A stretch of 64,000 bases of DNA from Balanoglossus misakiensis (lineage: Eukaryota; Animalia; Hemichordata): NCBI GenBank assembly GCA_040954595.2, contig CM082597.2, forward strand, positions 9,455,778 through 9,519,777. The letters are read 5' to 3'. The notes under the pieces were generated by a model. That model searched no databases. It saw only the letters and a list, made by a program, of their open reading frames with translations, and was not told the origin of the DNA. A program made the position numbers and the translations under genes. Positions 24,295-35,133 of the stretch are shown one piece after another. Each line of letters begins with the position of its first letter. Within the stretch, counting starts at the first letter, position 1.

Positions 24295-26850
24295 ACTTTT
24301 GGTCAAAACTCTTTCTCAGAACCCTCCACCCCATTGCTTTGAAATTTGTTCCTGGGTGAGTTGTCATGATGATTTACAAAACCTGTGATGAAAGTGTCAA
24401 TGTTTTGAGTGGGCAATATCTTGTATTTTGGGGGCATATTTTCCAATTTTGATAAAAAATTATATTTCTCAGGTGTATGGCTGATTACTTTAAAATTTGA
24501 GTTGTAAGTTAATAGGATTGGCTTCTTTAGAATTATACTGAAATCAAATCATAGGTAATTTGGAACTTTTATATTTTGTACGATATTTTGTCTTATACCA
24601 CAAAACAATTTCATCTCAAGAAGAGTAATTACTAGTACATAGGAACCCCTTACTGGGACTTGTATACACAGCAAATTCCAGCATGTTTACATAACTGGCT
24701 ATAAAAAGACCAGCTGTTCTATTTGGTGTATGCATGGAATATGGAAGGAAGCGAAGGCAGTCTACTGAATGCGTCGAAAGCACACTCTGCAGATACTTTT
24801 GGATTTGATGTAATGTATGTACACGCACACGGAATTACGCACATGTGCATAGTATTTTTGCGAGTATTTTTGAAAAATAGAATGAACAAGTGATCGAAGA
24901 CTTGCTTTTAAAAACACGCAGTTCCGCGTCATTTCGCTGCTGTTTGGATTAAAATACACTATGACGTACCGGTACTCGTAGTTTCCACTCTAAAATGATT
25001 GTACCAGTGATACCTGATTTGCATTGACTTGACTGTAAGAGATGGCATTTTGTGGTTGAACTTCCAGTTATCAATTTAAACCCCCACCGCTCGGTAGGGC
25101 CCTACCGAGCAAAAATCAATAAAATGTGGGCGTGGCTAAAGCTCTGACGCCACTATATATTGTTACAACAATTGACCTCAAATGGGCATCCCGCGCCCGC
25201 CAAAAGCAAACACATCTCTATACCCACGCGATCCAGCTAGTTCTTACGTACCCGCTGAATGTGTTGTCAGCTGAATCTATCATGTGTACACGAATTATCA
25301 AGATAGCGGTCACTGAAGAGCAGGAGAAAGCACTGGCAATTTTCTCTGCCAAGCTTTCGGTCATCGACCGGCGGGGGCACATAAGTTCACCTGCTGCGAC
25401 CGCGGGGGTTAGTACCGTGCGTGGTATCGGCTACCGGCGAGTTTGATGCGGGGGACACTGCCGGTGTCTATCGGATGCAGCAGCCGTCAAAGTAAACACC
25501 GTGTCCATGAGCATATCGGCTTCCGGAGATTCGGTCAACTCCTGTGAATTTTGTTTTTGTTCGCAATGTGTTACCACACATAGGCAGTCTTGGCTAGTCC
25601 GTGGTCTCTACCCGAATTTACCCGCTGTGTCTTACGTTGGGCATGAATATGGCACTGATGAGGCTTTCCCCTCTTCACTTTGTACGGTTGGTACACAAAT
25701 ACAAACGGTCCTTTTCAGGACCAACACAATTTCCAAGAAGAGAACTATCGATTTTATGGATGTGTGCATGTTCATGTGTGATAAATTTGGTATGATCATA
25801 TCCCCATTTTCAGGTCTCGCACACTTTGCAATCAACGCCACAATGTATCAATGGTGCCCAATTTTGATTTGCATAATACGTCAATCACTCAAATTCAAAC
25901 TGAAAATCGTACCGATATACCGGTCATATCTCGGGGACAAAATGATTTCCTCTTCGGTTTTCGAAAGTATTTTCAAATTGTATTGCACCAGAAACCGCGG
26001 ATGTCGTGCTGAATAAACTCATGCACTCCTTTCTGAATTTAGAGACAACAAAAATCATCGGTAGACCTAATATAAATTTACTGTCTTTTATGGACAACGT
26101 CCGTTCTGTTGTTAGTGAGTTTGAATCTCCCACCATTATGCCAACTCTCGCGTGCTCTCGCGCTTTTATACGGGAGTTGGGGGTTGAAGGATCTATAATA
26201 TTTAAAGCCTTATAACTCCGCTCTAGAATATGCCTATTGTTATAGTAGTGGGTCCGGGTTTTATGTTATGTTGGCCAAATTTATGTTATGTTGGCCAAAT
26301 TCCAGAGCGGGGTTGCTGAAGGGTGGGAGGGTGGGCAAAACTCCCAAATCGCTCATCGGTACACATAAACCCCCACCCGCCCGCCTCTTATATGCCCTGA
26401 CCTTCCACCTTATCTGCTCTAACTGCTGCCTCCTGTGGTTAAGGAATGGTACTGAGCCCATGTGCGGATATTCGCTAACTTTTATACGGGTTCTCATGAA
26501 TATTCATAATAAATTAGCATATGCGGATATATATCGCGTAGTGATGCGGCTTTAAATACTATAATATTTAAAGCCTTATAACTCCGCTCTAGAATATGCC
26601 TATTGTTATAGTAGTGGGTCCGGGTTTTATGTTATGTTATGCGAAACTCCCTGCTTTATGGATGCACAACTTTTCCTATTTCCCACCCAATCCTTTAATA
26701 CCCATACACACCCACTCCTACACCCATAATATATATGAAAACACGTGTCAATTCTAAGATATGAACTTTATTCTTGCTACGATTACGTACAGAAATCAAG
26801 CCCCATACATCTGTAAATTAGGTTATTGTGCCATTAAGGAGCGGACTGGT

Positions 26851-27564
26851 TTAGTGTGTTTTTACATGCCCCAGATCACCCGCCCTGTCGCCGGAAAATG
26901 CAAGTAGTTTAAAGAACGCTAAATCCCTGGCCAGTATGTAAATTTGGGTGAGCGATCTTGCTACGTCTAGCTTACTTAATACGTGGTTGAATATACGTTT
27001 CATTTTTTCTAGAAACAGTGGTTTAGCTTGTCTAGGGGTAATATGTGCTCTGGCTTGTTCTTCCGATATTTTTTTTACGTACCTAAATACCATCGTGGAT
27101 TTTGCCGGGTTTGCATTATTCGACACTGAGTTGAAACAGACGCCGAGTTTTGAAACCATGTTTTTTATTGTACTTGATTTCAGTCGTCTGGGGCAATGAC
27201 ACGGCATTGTGCCTGTCCTTCCATAAAAGTCACAAGTATCAACGTGTATTTGCGTTTTAGCGTCTTTATCCTTGTCTATTAGGAATCTGACGACATCCTC
27301 AGGTTTTGCCGTTATGAAATTGGTAGTTGGTGATGTAGCGGCTAGAAACTGCTCGAACTGCTGTATGAGTCTGTCTTTCTGTATTTCGTATAGTGATCTT
27401 TGACCGAGAACCTCATGCATGCGTCGGTTTATAGCCTGGATATCCGGCGGACTACCCTTCTTGTGACCCGTGTGTGGGGTTGTGAGAGAGACTAGGGTAG
27501 TAGAACATACATCACATTCAGTATTGGTGGTCTTGCTTGTAGTGCCACATATATAGCATATCAT
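26851..27564 (-). CDS. Tyrosine recombinase, C-terminally truncated
   Basis: N-terminal CxxC...CxxC, an ALOG/SAM-like region (FLIDKDKDAKTQIHVDTC...CHCPRRL), and box I ARDLAFFKLLAFSGDRAGDL. It stops shortly after; no HxxR or catalytic Tyr. Confidence 0.85.
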   Translation of the reverse strand: MICYICGTTSKTTNTECDVCSTTLVSLTTPHTGHKKGSPPDIQAINRRMHEVLGQRSLYEIQKDRLIQQFEQFLAATSPTTNFITAKPEDVVRFLIDKDKDAKTQIHVDTCDFYGRTGTMPCHCPRRLKSSTIKNMVSKLGVCFNSVSNNANPAKSTMVFRYVKKISEEQARAHITPRQAKPLFLEKMKRIFNHVLSKLDVARSLTQIYILARDLAFFKLLAFSGDRAGDLGHVKTH

Positions 27565-27679
27565 CTGATGGGAGACAAAGGAAATACTATTGTAGTTTAG
27601 ATGCGATATTGAGCCTAATATTGTCACATATGGATGCCATTGTGTCGAAATGTATTTGTACATTATAATTACTGGGAAT

Positions 27680-29860
27680 TTAAGTGCTGGGTTTGAAAAT
27701 CACTGCATATAAATCGCAGCGAAGTAGAAATTCATTGTAACCATTTCGCGATGGCGCTTGAATGACCCCTTCTTCTCCCTTTTTACCAATTAGCTTCGTG
27801 TGTGTTGCTTTTTGACGTATCAGTGGCCAGAACGGCTCCAAGAAGCGCCCTCTTGGGACTATGACTGTGGCTGTATACCGTTTATCTACGATGTGTCGGA
27901 GGACCGCATGCACCAATGGAAATGGCGGGTAGACATATAAGGTTTCCTGCCTAGAAAATGTGTGCTGGAAAAAGTTGACACCTTCACTTCTGGTTTGCTG
28001 AAATGGGGAGACGAACCGTGTTAGTTTTGCATTTGAGCTGTTTGCCATTGCATCAATGTGGTGTGGGCCAAATTTCTCTTCCAGTAATTGCCACGCACGT
28101 GGAGACAGACTTGAATTCTTTAGTGAGATATCGCGAGATGCTCCATCAGCTTCGTTTTCTGCGGACCTGACATGTATTAGCTTCAGTGTGACGTTGTTGT
28201 CCACGCAAAAACGAAATATTTTCCTGATAATTTCGTTGAGGGCGTTCGATTTGGTGCCTGGGACTCCATTTGACCATACTTGGACCAGTGTCATAGAATC
28301 CACGTGTACATCGAGCCGCGTGTTCTTAACAGATCCCTGGAATGCGATCAGTGCTCGAGACAGCGCTTCCGCCTCCTTCAGGACGATTGGGTTTTGTCTC
28401 CATACTGTCTCCCACATATCACTGACAGTGGTATCCGTGGCTTCTGTGTCCGATCTATGTAATACAGCACCCCATTTGTAAGAACTGGCGTCTGTAGACA
28501 TGGTTACCCGGACATGGTTTTCAGTTGGCCAATGGAATGTCCTTGGGGTTGTGACCACTTGTACCCACTCTTGCAATTCTTCTCTGAGTGGGCCTTTGAT
28601 TGGCACCATGTACTTTGCCTGTTTATTTGCGGCAGCGATTGAGCGTGCCATCTGACGGATATATAGACGAGCACACGGGATAGCAAGGGAGAACGAGACA
28701 CACTTTCCCATGATCCTTTGTAGGGATGATAATGGAGCGATACGACCGTCCAATACTTGGTTAACTAGCGTTATAAAAGTATGCCTCTTCTCGTCGGGTA
28801 TTGAGAATGCGTTGGCTACTGTGTCGACGGTCATACCCAGCATAATTAGAGACTGTGTTGGTCTGAGGACGCTCTTATCTAAAGATATAAAATATCCCGC
28901 ATCTATACATAACTTGATTAATATATAGGCCGCAGCTTCAGTGAGTTGGTACCTGGTCCATTCGTTGTCGGTAGTTGCTTGTGGTAAGCATAGTGCGCCC
29001 ACATGTCTGTCGTCGATGTACTGTATACATGGTACGCCAAGAGACCTCGCATAGCTGGTAATACAGTATCCCACGTTCTGGTATATGAAGGCGGATAATT
29101 TCCATCCAAACGGTAGAGTGTTGTTCACATACCAGGATCCCGCCCACTGGAAACCAACGTAACGCCTTTCGTCCTCTGCCAGTAGGATGTGATCGTATCC
29201 GCTCTTGTCATCGCATTTTATTTGATAATCACACGATTGCAGGTATTTTGAAACTTCTATCAGCTTATCCAATTTAAAAGGCATGTCCTTCATCCAAAGG
29301 TTGAGAAATCTCATATCGATACATAGACGAGGCTTTTGGGGTTCAATTGTGATGGGCATAACTATATGAGGGGGAGGGGCACACCCTACTCTGCCCCACA
29401 CCGAAATGGCTCCAGACTTGATTCTATCTTGCAGGGTATTAGCAATAAATTCTCCAAATTTACTACAATTCGGGTTGTTGTAAAATAACTTGTGAGGGGG
29501 TGTATCGTGATCGTATTCGACTCCTTTAAATTGTCCCGAAAAGTGACGAGTGTAATCCGAGATTTTGACTTTCTCCCGCAACCATGACATAACTAAGTCT
29601 TTGTTGTCTAGCCCATTTGTGATGCGATCCCATTCTTGAAGATGTTGATGGACTTCACCAGCCGTAAATTCAGCTGCATTTCTATAATTTAACTCTTGGG
29701 GGCGGGACAGGGTTCTTCCAAAGGCGACCTCTTCGACAGCTGGATTCCCTCCCATCACTTCCTGTCTGGGGGCGCCCTCCCATGATACCCATGAATACGA
29801 GACACGTCCACCACTTGCTTGATGAACGGGGTAGTTCATTTCCCACTGTGGGGTCAAAAA
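27680..29860 (-). CDS. Reverse transcriptase / RNase H / Dam-like methyltransferase polyprotein
   Basis: RT motifs KPRLCIDMRFLN, DDKSGYDHI, LPFGW, YIDD; RNase H motifs TDAS, KEAEA, VDS, NEADGASR; MT-like IDAMA...YVYPPF. Uninterrupted ~726 codons. Confidence 0.93.
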   Translation of the reverse strand, partial: FLTPQWEMNYPVHQASGGRVSYSWVSWEGAPRQEVMGGNPAVEEVAFGRTLSRPQELNYRNAAEFTAGEVHQHLQEWDRITNGLDNKDLVMSWLREKVKISDYTRHFSGQFKGVEYDHDTPPHKLFYNNPNCSKFGEFIANTLQDRIKSGAISVWGRVGCAPPPHIVMPITIEPQKPRLCIDMRFLNLWMKDMPFKLDKLIEVSKYLQSCDYQIKCDDKSGYDHILLAEDERRYVGFQWAGSWYVNNTLPFGWKLSAFIYQNVGYCITSYARSLGVPCIQYIDDRHVGALCLPQATTDNEWTRYQLTEAAAYILIKLCIDAGYFISLDKSVLRPTQSLIMLGMTVDTVANAFSIPDEKRHTFITLVNQVLDGRIAPLSSLQRIMGKCVSFSLAIPCARLYIRQMARSIAAANKQAKYMVPIKGPLREELQEWVQVVTTPRTFHWPTENHVRVTMSTDASSYKWGAVLHRSDTEATDTTVSDMWETVWRQNPIVLKEAEALSRALIAFQGSVKNTRLDVHVDSMTLVQVWSNGVPGTKSNALNEIIRKIFRFCVDNNVTLKLIHVRSAENEADGASRDISLKNSSLSPRAWQLLEEKFGPHHIDAMANSSNAKLTRFVSPFQQTRSEGVNFFQHTFSRQETLYVYPPFPLVHAVLRHIVDKRYTATVIVPRGRFLEPFWPLIRQKATHTKLIGKKGEEGVIQAPSRNGYNEFLLRCDLYAVIFKPST

Positions 29861-30114
29861 CTGAAACAAAAGGAAAACAGCAAAGCTTAGGACACTTTTT
29901 TTTTTTTTTTTTTCGAGGGCGACCCCCCAGACAGGACCCTGCGAAGGCAGGTTGCTTTTAAAGGCATAGGGCTGTTATTGTTAGCCCCCCTGTCCGAAGG
30001 GAAAGGAAAATAAACTACACAAACACTGAGATTACAGAGTCATATTACTTATTTATTTATTTTGAATATTTCAATGCATCATCGGAAAAGTTATACGATT
30101 ATCAGTACAATACA

Positions 30115-31690
30115 TTATTTTTTGTCGGGGCAGTCCCTCGCAATGTGCCCCAACTTCGCACATACAAAGCATTTAATTCCGGATTTTTCAGCCGAATTTC
30201 TTGGTTGCTCTCTTCTATAGTAGGGAGAATACGGTGTGCGGTTATATGATGCACGAAGTGGATAGGGCATATATCGTCCCGATTCATATTGAGAGAACTG
30301 ATTAGATGAGCCAGAGTGTTTCATAAACTTGTACACTTTTGAAGCTATTTCTTCCTCTTCTTTATTTCCCAATAATAGAATAATTAATCTCCCGGCATCT
30401 TCCCCGAAATCGGTAGATTCAAACTGGGAGAGCACCGCTCGAAAACGATGCAATTTTGGATGTGCGGTGGCTGTCGCTCTGTCGACCAGTGCCCTCAAAG
30501 CATTAAGTAGTTGGGTTCGGGATGCGACTGCTGGATTGTGGGCCATCTCCATTAGCTTTTGTAAAGCCTCTTCGACAGATGCTGTCCCAGCATTCTTTTC
30601 CAATAACAGTAGTTTCTGTTTCAGCTCCAATAGCTGTTCCTTCACCTACAATACAAACACCGTTTTGTAATGAGTACATCACAGTAACACTAACGCCCAT
30701 GTACAAAGGTTAACATTATTTTTGAATCAATTCTCCTTCCTTTCAGAGCCTCGTACCTTCATTTCATTATGAGCCTCATTGCTTCATTATTGTTATTTTG
30801 TATACACATACATCTATTTCAATAACCGAGCTCCACTGCTCTATTTCAATAACCGAGCTCCACTGCTCTATTTCAATAACCGAGCTTCACTGCTCTATTT
30901 CGATAACCGAGCTTCACTGCTCTATTTCAATAACCGAGCTTCACTGCTCTATTTCAATCATCGAGCCCCAATGCTCTATTTCAATAACCGAGCTTCACTG
31001 CTCTATTTCAATCATCGAGCCCCAATGCTCTATTTCAATAACCGAGCTCCACTGCTCTATTTCAATAACCGAGCTTCACTGCTCTATTTCGATAACCGAG
31101 CTTCACTGCTCTATTTCAATAACCGAGCTTCACTGCTCTATTTCAATCATCGAGCCCCAATGCTCTATTTCATAAAACTGGGCCGCATTGTTCTATCGAA
31201 AATGTACAGGCACCTGGCAGTGGGGTCATGTCACGGTTTTCCACTCCATGCATATTCAATGAGGATACAAACATTCACATTGGGGGCAAGTGGCATGCAG
31301 GAATTCAACAGGTGTACGCTGTAGTATAATGGGCGTCGAGAAAACCCGTTAACAAAGTAATGGGGCATACCGAATGAAACGTACACGTCTAGACATCGGA
31401 ATGAACAATAAATAAGGTGTACACGAGAAAGGATTTATATGTACCTCATTATCTGCGGTCGTTTGAGCGTTCCCTTGACGACTCGGACCCGGAACTTGAC
31501 TATCTGGTCGGCTCGTCGCCCTTTGCCGAGTTTGCTGAGTTGGCTGAGATTGGGAGCCGGCATTACTACTTTGGCTGGTAGAAGGCCTGTGTGCAGCTAG
31601 GAACGCTGCGACAGCTTGGGTAGCACTCGGCTGTGCCTCTTCTGTGGCCGGTGGTGGTGGCGGGTTTTCCCGTACAGGTGGTTGAGCCAT
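30115..31690 (-). CDS. Gag-like protein with CCHC zinc knuckle; two exons (31690-31445, 30645-30115)
   Basis: Knuckle CFVCAKLGHIARDC. The 82-codon leader exon ends GAG|GTACAT and exon 2 is preceded by TTGTATTGTAG|; both junctions are phase 0. Confidence 0.75.
30813..31172. repeat. 27-bp minisatellite (~13 units) inside the putative gag intron
   Basis: TCTATTTCAATAACCGAGCT(C/T)CACTGC units with a recurring variant ...AATCATCGAGCCCCAATGC. Confidence 0.92.
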
Positions 31691-31847
31691 CTTCTCTGCT
31701 ATATGCTGCCTCCGTGGTTAAGGAATGGTACTGAGCCCATGTGCGGATATTCGCTAACTTTTATACGGGTTCTCATGAATATTCATAATAAATTAGCATA
31801 TGCGGATATATATCGCGTAGTGATGCGGCTTTAAATAACGAGGTAAG

Positions 31848-32241
31848 TAATTCACATTTTGAAATAAACATTTCTCTGTTAATTATCGAGCTCAGAATTC
31901 CCTAAAACTATATATTTTCTGAAAGCTTTGATAAAGGAGAACATTTTCGTTACTCCAGTGTGACTATCGTTTACACAACCATCACGTGACAAGCAATTTA
32001 ATTTATCTTCCAAAACCCAGTTTTCGTAGATAGTTTTAAAACCAAATACCTCAAATTTTATGGCACGAAAACTTCCGAAAGACTAGAATTTATTAACCGC
32101 TCCGTCACGTGATAGTTGCGTAAACAATGGTCACACTGAAGTAACCAAAATGTTCGCCTATAACGAAGCTTTCATATATAGTTTTAGGGGATTCTGAGCT
32201 CGATAATTAACATAGAAATGTTTATTTCAAACCGTGAATTT
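31848..32241. mobile_element. Diverged foldback/MITE abutting the retrotransposon 5' end
   Basis: AATTCAC...TTAATTATCGAGCTCAGAAT...TCACGTGAC is mirrored at ~32104-32241. Confidence 0.65.
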
Positions 32242-35133
32242 CTTTATCTCTATGTCAAATTGCTTTGAAGCCATCGTCGTAAACTACGGCCTCTTTACGG
32301 CAACAGTTTATGCGCAGGCGTGATGTTGTATGTTCAGTACATCAGGATCTCTGTGCGGACTGTTCGGAAAAGGTGACAATAACACCGGCGGACATACAGT
32401 AACTCTGCTGGTAAAGATTCACCCACAGGTCACAAGGATCGGACTCAATAAATGTTATTGATCGAATTGTGGACTATACCATTTTGCGGGAGGTTATCTC
32501 TGACTTAATTTAAATTATTTCATGCCACCAAACAATAAAAATTATGAATGGATGTACAATCTTTACGTCAAATTATGATTGATTTGTTTATTTAATTATT
32601 TATATGATGGTTACTTGGTTTGTTTGCAGTACATGAGACTTATTCGTGTAGGCAGAAGACAAGAGGCCTTTATCAATTTTTAATGCATTGACCACCAAAC
32701 AAAAGATAAGAAAAGCGTCAGCTATCTGGAATGTCTATAACTAGACACTTGTGCATTGTAGAAGTAGCCACACACTTCCAAATTTCGAAGCCTGCCGTTC
32801 GTCAGAATTATCAGAACAAGGTGAAGAAGGTTAGTTTCTAACAGATGACTGTATGCCGGTCAAACGTCTGCAATGGTCAGCCGATAGGAAATGATAACAC
32901 TATTTGTACTGCCTTGTTAGAGATATTCTTGGAAGTTCGGAAAAAAGACGATCTTTGTAAGTTTTAATTGTCATTATTTCTATAATTGCGTGTGTTGTTA
33001 ATGGGGCTTTAAAGAAGCAACCGGGGGGGGGGGGGCATCGACTGATGATTCTACCAAGGCCGATGATGTTTGTCAGGCTCTTCAGTATAGCTGGCAAAGG
33101 CTGTGATGTTTATGAAAAACAATGTACCGGTATCCTCACAGAACTCGCCTATGATAGCGCCGCTTCGCGAAAGAGAAGAGAAAAAAGGCGCGAGTTAACG
33201 GAGGACAGTTTCATGGTGTACAAATGTGAACAAACCATGCATTCAGCGCGTGCATCACACTGCCGTTGAAAACATTAATTACGCTGTCGTTAAACTTATA
33301 ATTCAAGACATACAACCTAATGCAAAAGATGTTTAAAAGTCGCAAGTTATTAAATTCTGCACTTTGTTGTTCATCTATGTTGACGTCACGGTAAGATCAG
33401 GACTAAAACATTAATTAGCATAACAGCCATGCACATAGATGTCTTTCCTTTATAGAAACCCAATACATGTACTGAATTCCTATTGTTTGTATTACATAAT
33501 ATGCGGAATACCTTCACTTAAAACAAACCGTAAATAAGGAACAGCCGACAGTTAAAACCTTTACATATAACTGTTCTATTGCAATGTAGACTGACTCAGA
33601 CAAGTGGCGGAAAGATAACGTCTTTTTAAATTTCATAAATTGCCAATTTTTCGTACTTAAAGTTACAGCGGAAAGAATGCGATAATCTAGTCATCCTAAG
33701 ATGACGACCCGCTACGTCACTTCAACAACATGTGCAAGTTCCAAACTTGAAACCCCTCAGGGCAATCATGTCCCTCAACACAACTTTTGTTATGAAACAT
33801 TCTATGACATTGCAAGACACGATGAAAAGCCATAGTGTAACAATATTATCTCTAGAAAACTAGAACAGACTATTTGTTTTAACAGAGAATTTTAACAACT
33901 GTGCGATGCAGTTGACTTTCCGAAAACATCCATTGACACTTTCTTCATTCATAATTTCTAAATGACGAGTTTGTGAAGCTGTGAATTTGCGAAGGCGTAC
34001 TTAGTGAGATACGTTCGTTCTCTGTTGTACCTCAGTGCACGATTCATAAGCTAGTAAAGGGCCACTTTATAAGTAAAATCGATTCTCAGGTCGTTTTATT
34101 GATTTTCGTCAATGAGTGGCTTTGTTTTCACTTCCGGGGAAATTAAGTCATCATGTCAGAAATGTTTTATTAATTTGACTACAAACCAATGTTTGTTATC
34201 TAACGCGTACACCGGTACAATGGCTTGATAAATATTATAGATCTTCTTTTGGCCGAATTAATGTTTCGACATGCTGAGCAGAATCATAGGTCTTTGGGTT
34301 GAATTCACCGGTCCCCACAAGTAGGCTATGTTTTAATAACAAAATGATCGTAGCCTCGAAGTTCCCAAAGACATCACCTGTCAATAGTATAAGCCTCCAT
34401 CTCCAATGCGAACTACCAACACATACATTGTAATTGTACACACTCTTGTCTCAAATGACTCCATACACGGACAATTGGCTAGTAAAACTGTCGTCTTCTT
34501 CCGGTTCCATCATTTTAACATCATTGTACTTCCGCCAACCAGAATGACAACTTCACTCATAAGTCCTAACATGTAATGTCTCCCAATGCTAGCTATACAT
34601 CACTGGTAATAGGACAACATACACAATTGCCTCTGTCAATTTTATCTGTCATGTTCCTATATATAAGGGTCGACCATAACAGAAACGCGACTTTATTTTG
34701 AAATTTAATTATGCGTAGACCTTGGGACGCCCAATTCAAATATGTTATATTGCACATCTTTTAAGAAGTGACTTCAGCTCACATGCGTAACCATGGATGC
34801 ATTTTGTCACAACTGTTTTTATCGAAAATGTATCCATTATCTGGTCAGCACCTTTCAGCTAGCAGTGCAATCAGAAGATGAAAATAACCGCCGTCGTGGG
34901 GTTTTCGACTCTTATTGTTCTCGCTTTACAGGTCCCAGATTATGGGAGAACATCAGACTGACCGATTCAGTCGTGTTCGGGCGCTCCGGCAATGCATAGT
35001 CCTTAGGCGACGAGCTGGAGCGCCCGCATAGGACTGAATCTTTCAATTTATCCAAACATGTAATGAGCCAAAAGTTGTATCCCTTTTCCCTTAAATTTAT
35101 TCATAGGAAAGAAGAAAAACGGATAACAACGAC

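Larger units (their letters stand above)
26193..31837 (-). mobile_element. Tyrosine-recombinase (DIRS-order) retrotransposon with split direct repeats, probably PAT-like
   Basis: Order on -: A1 (31837-31704), gag, RT/RH/MT, YR, B1 (26638-26559), A2 (26558-26424), B2 (26272-26193). The repeat pairs are near identical and no TSD is seen. Confidence 0.92.

Noticed and set aside
27565-27663. ORF-track N-terminal extension of YR (and the similar 29861-29869 start of pol)
   Set aside because: These read through branch-point and pyrimidine tracts and are better explained as intron ends.
30779-31324. Repetitive + strand ORFs (SISITELHC)n and (LLYFNNRA)n, and a superficial CRISPR-like periodicity
   Set aside because: Translation of a 27-bp minisatellite; units are contiguous with no unique spacers and there are no cas genes.
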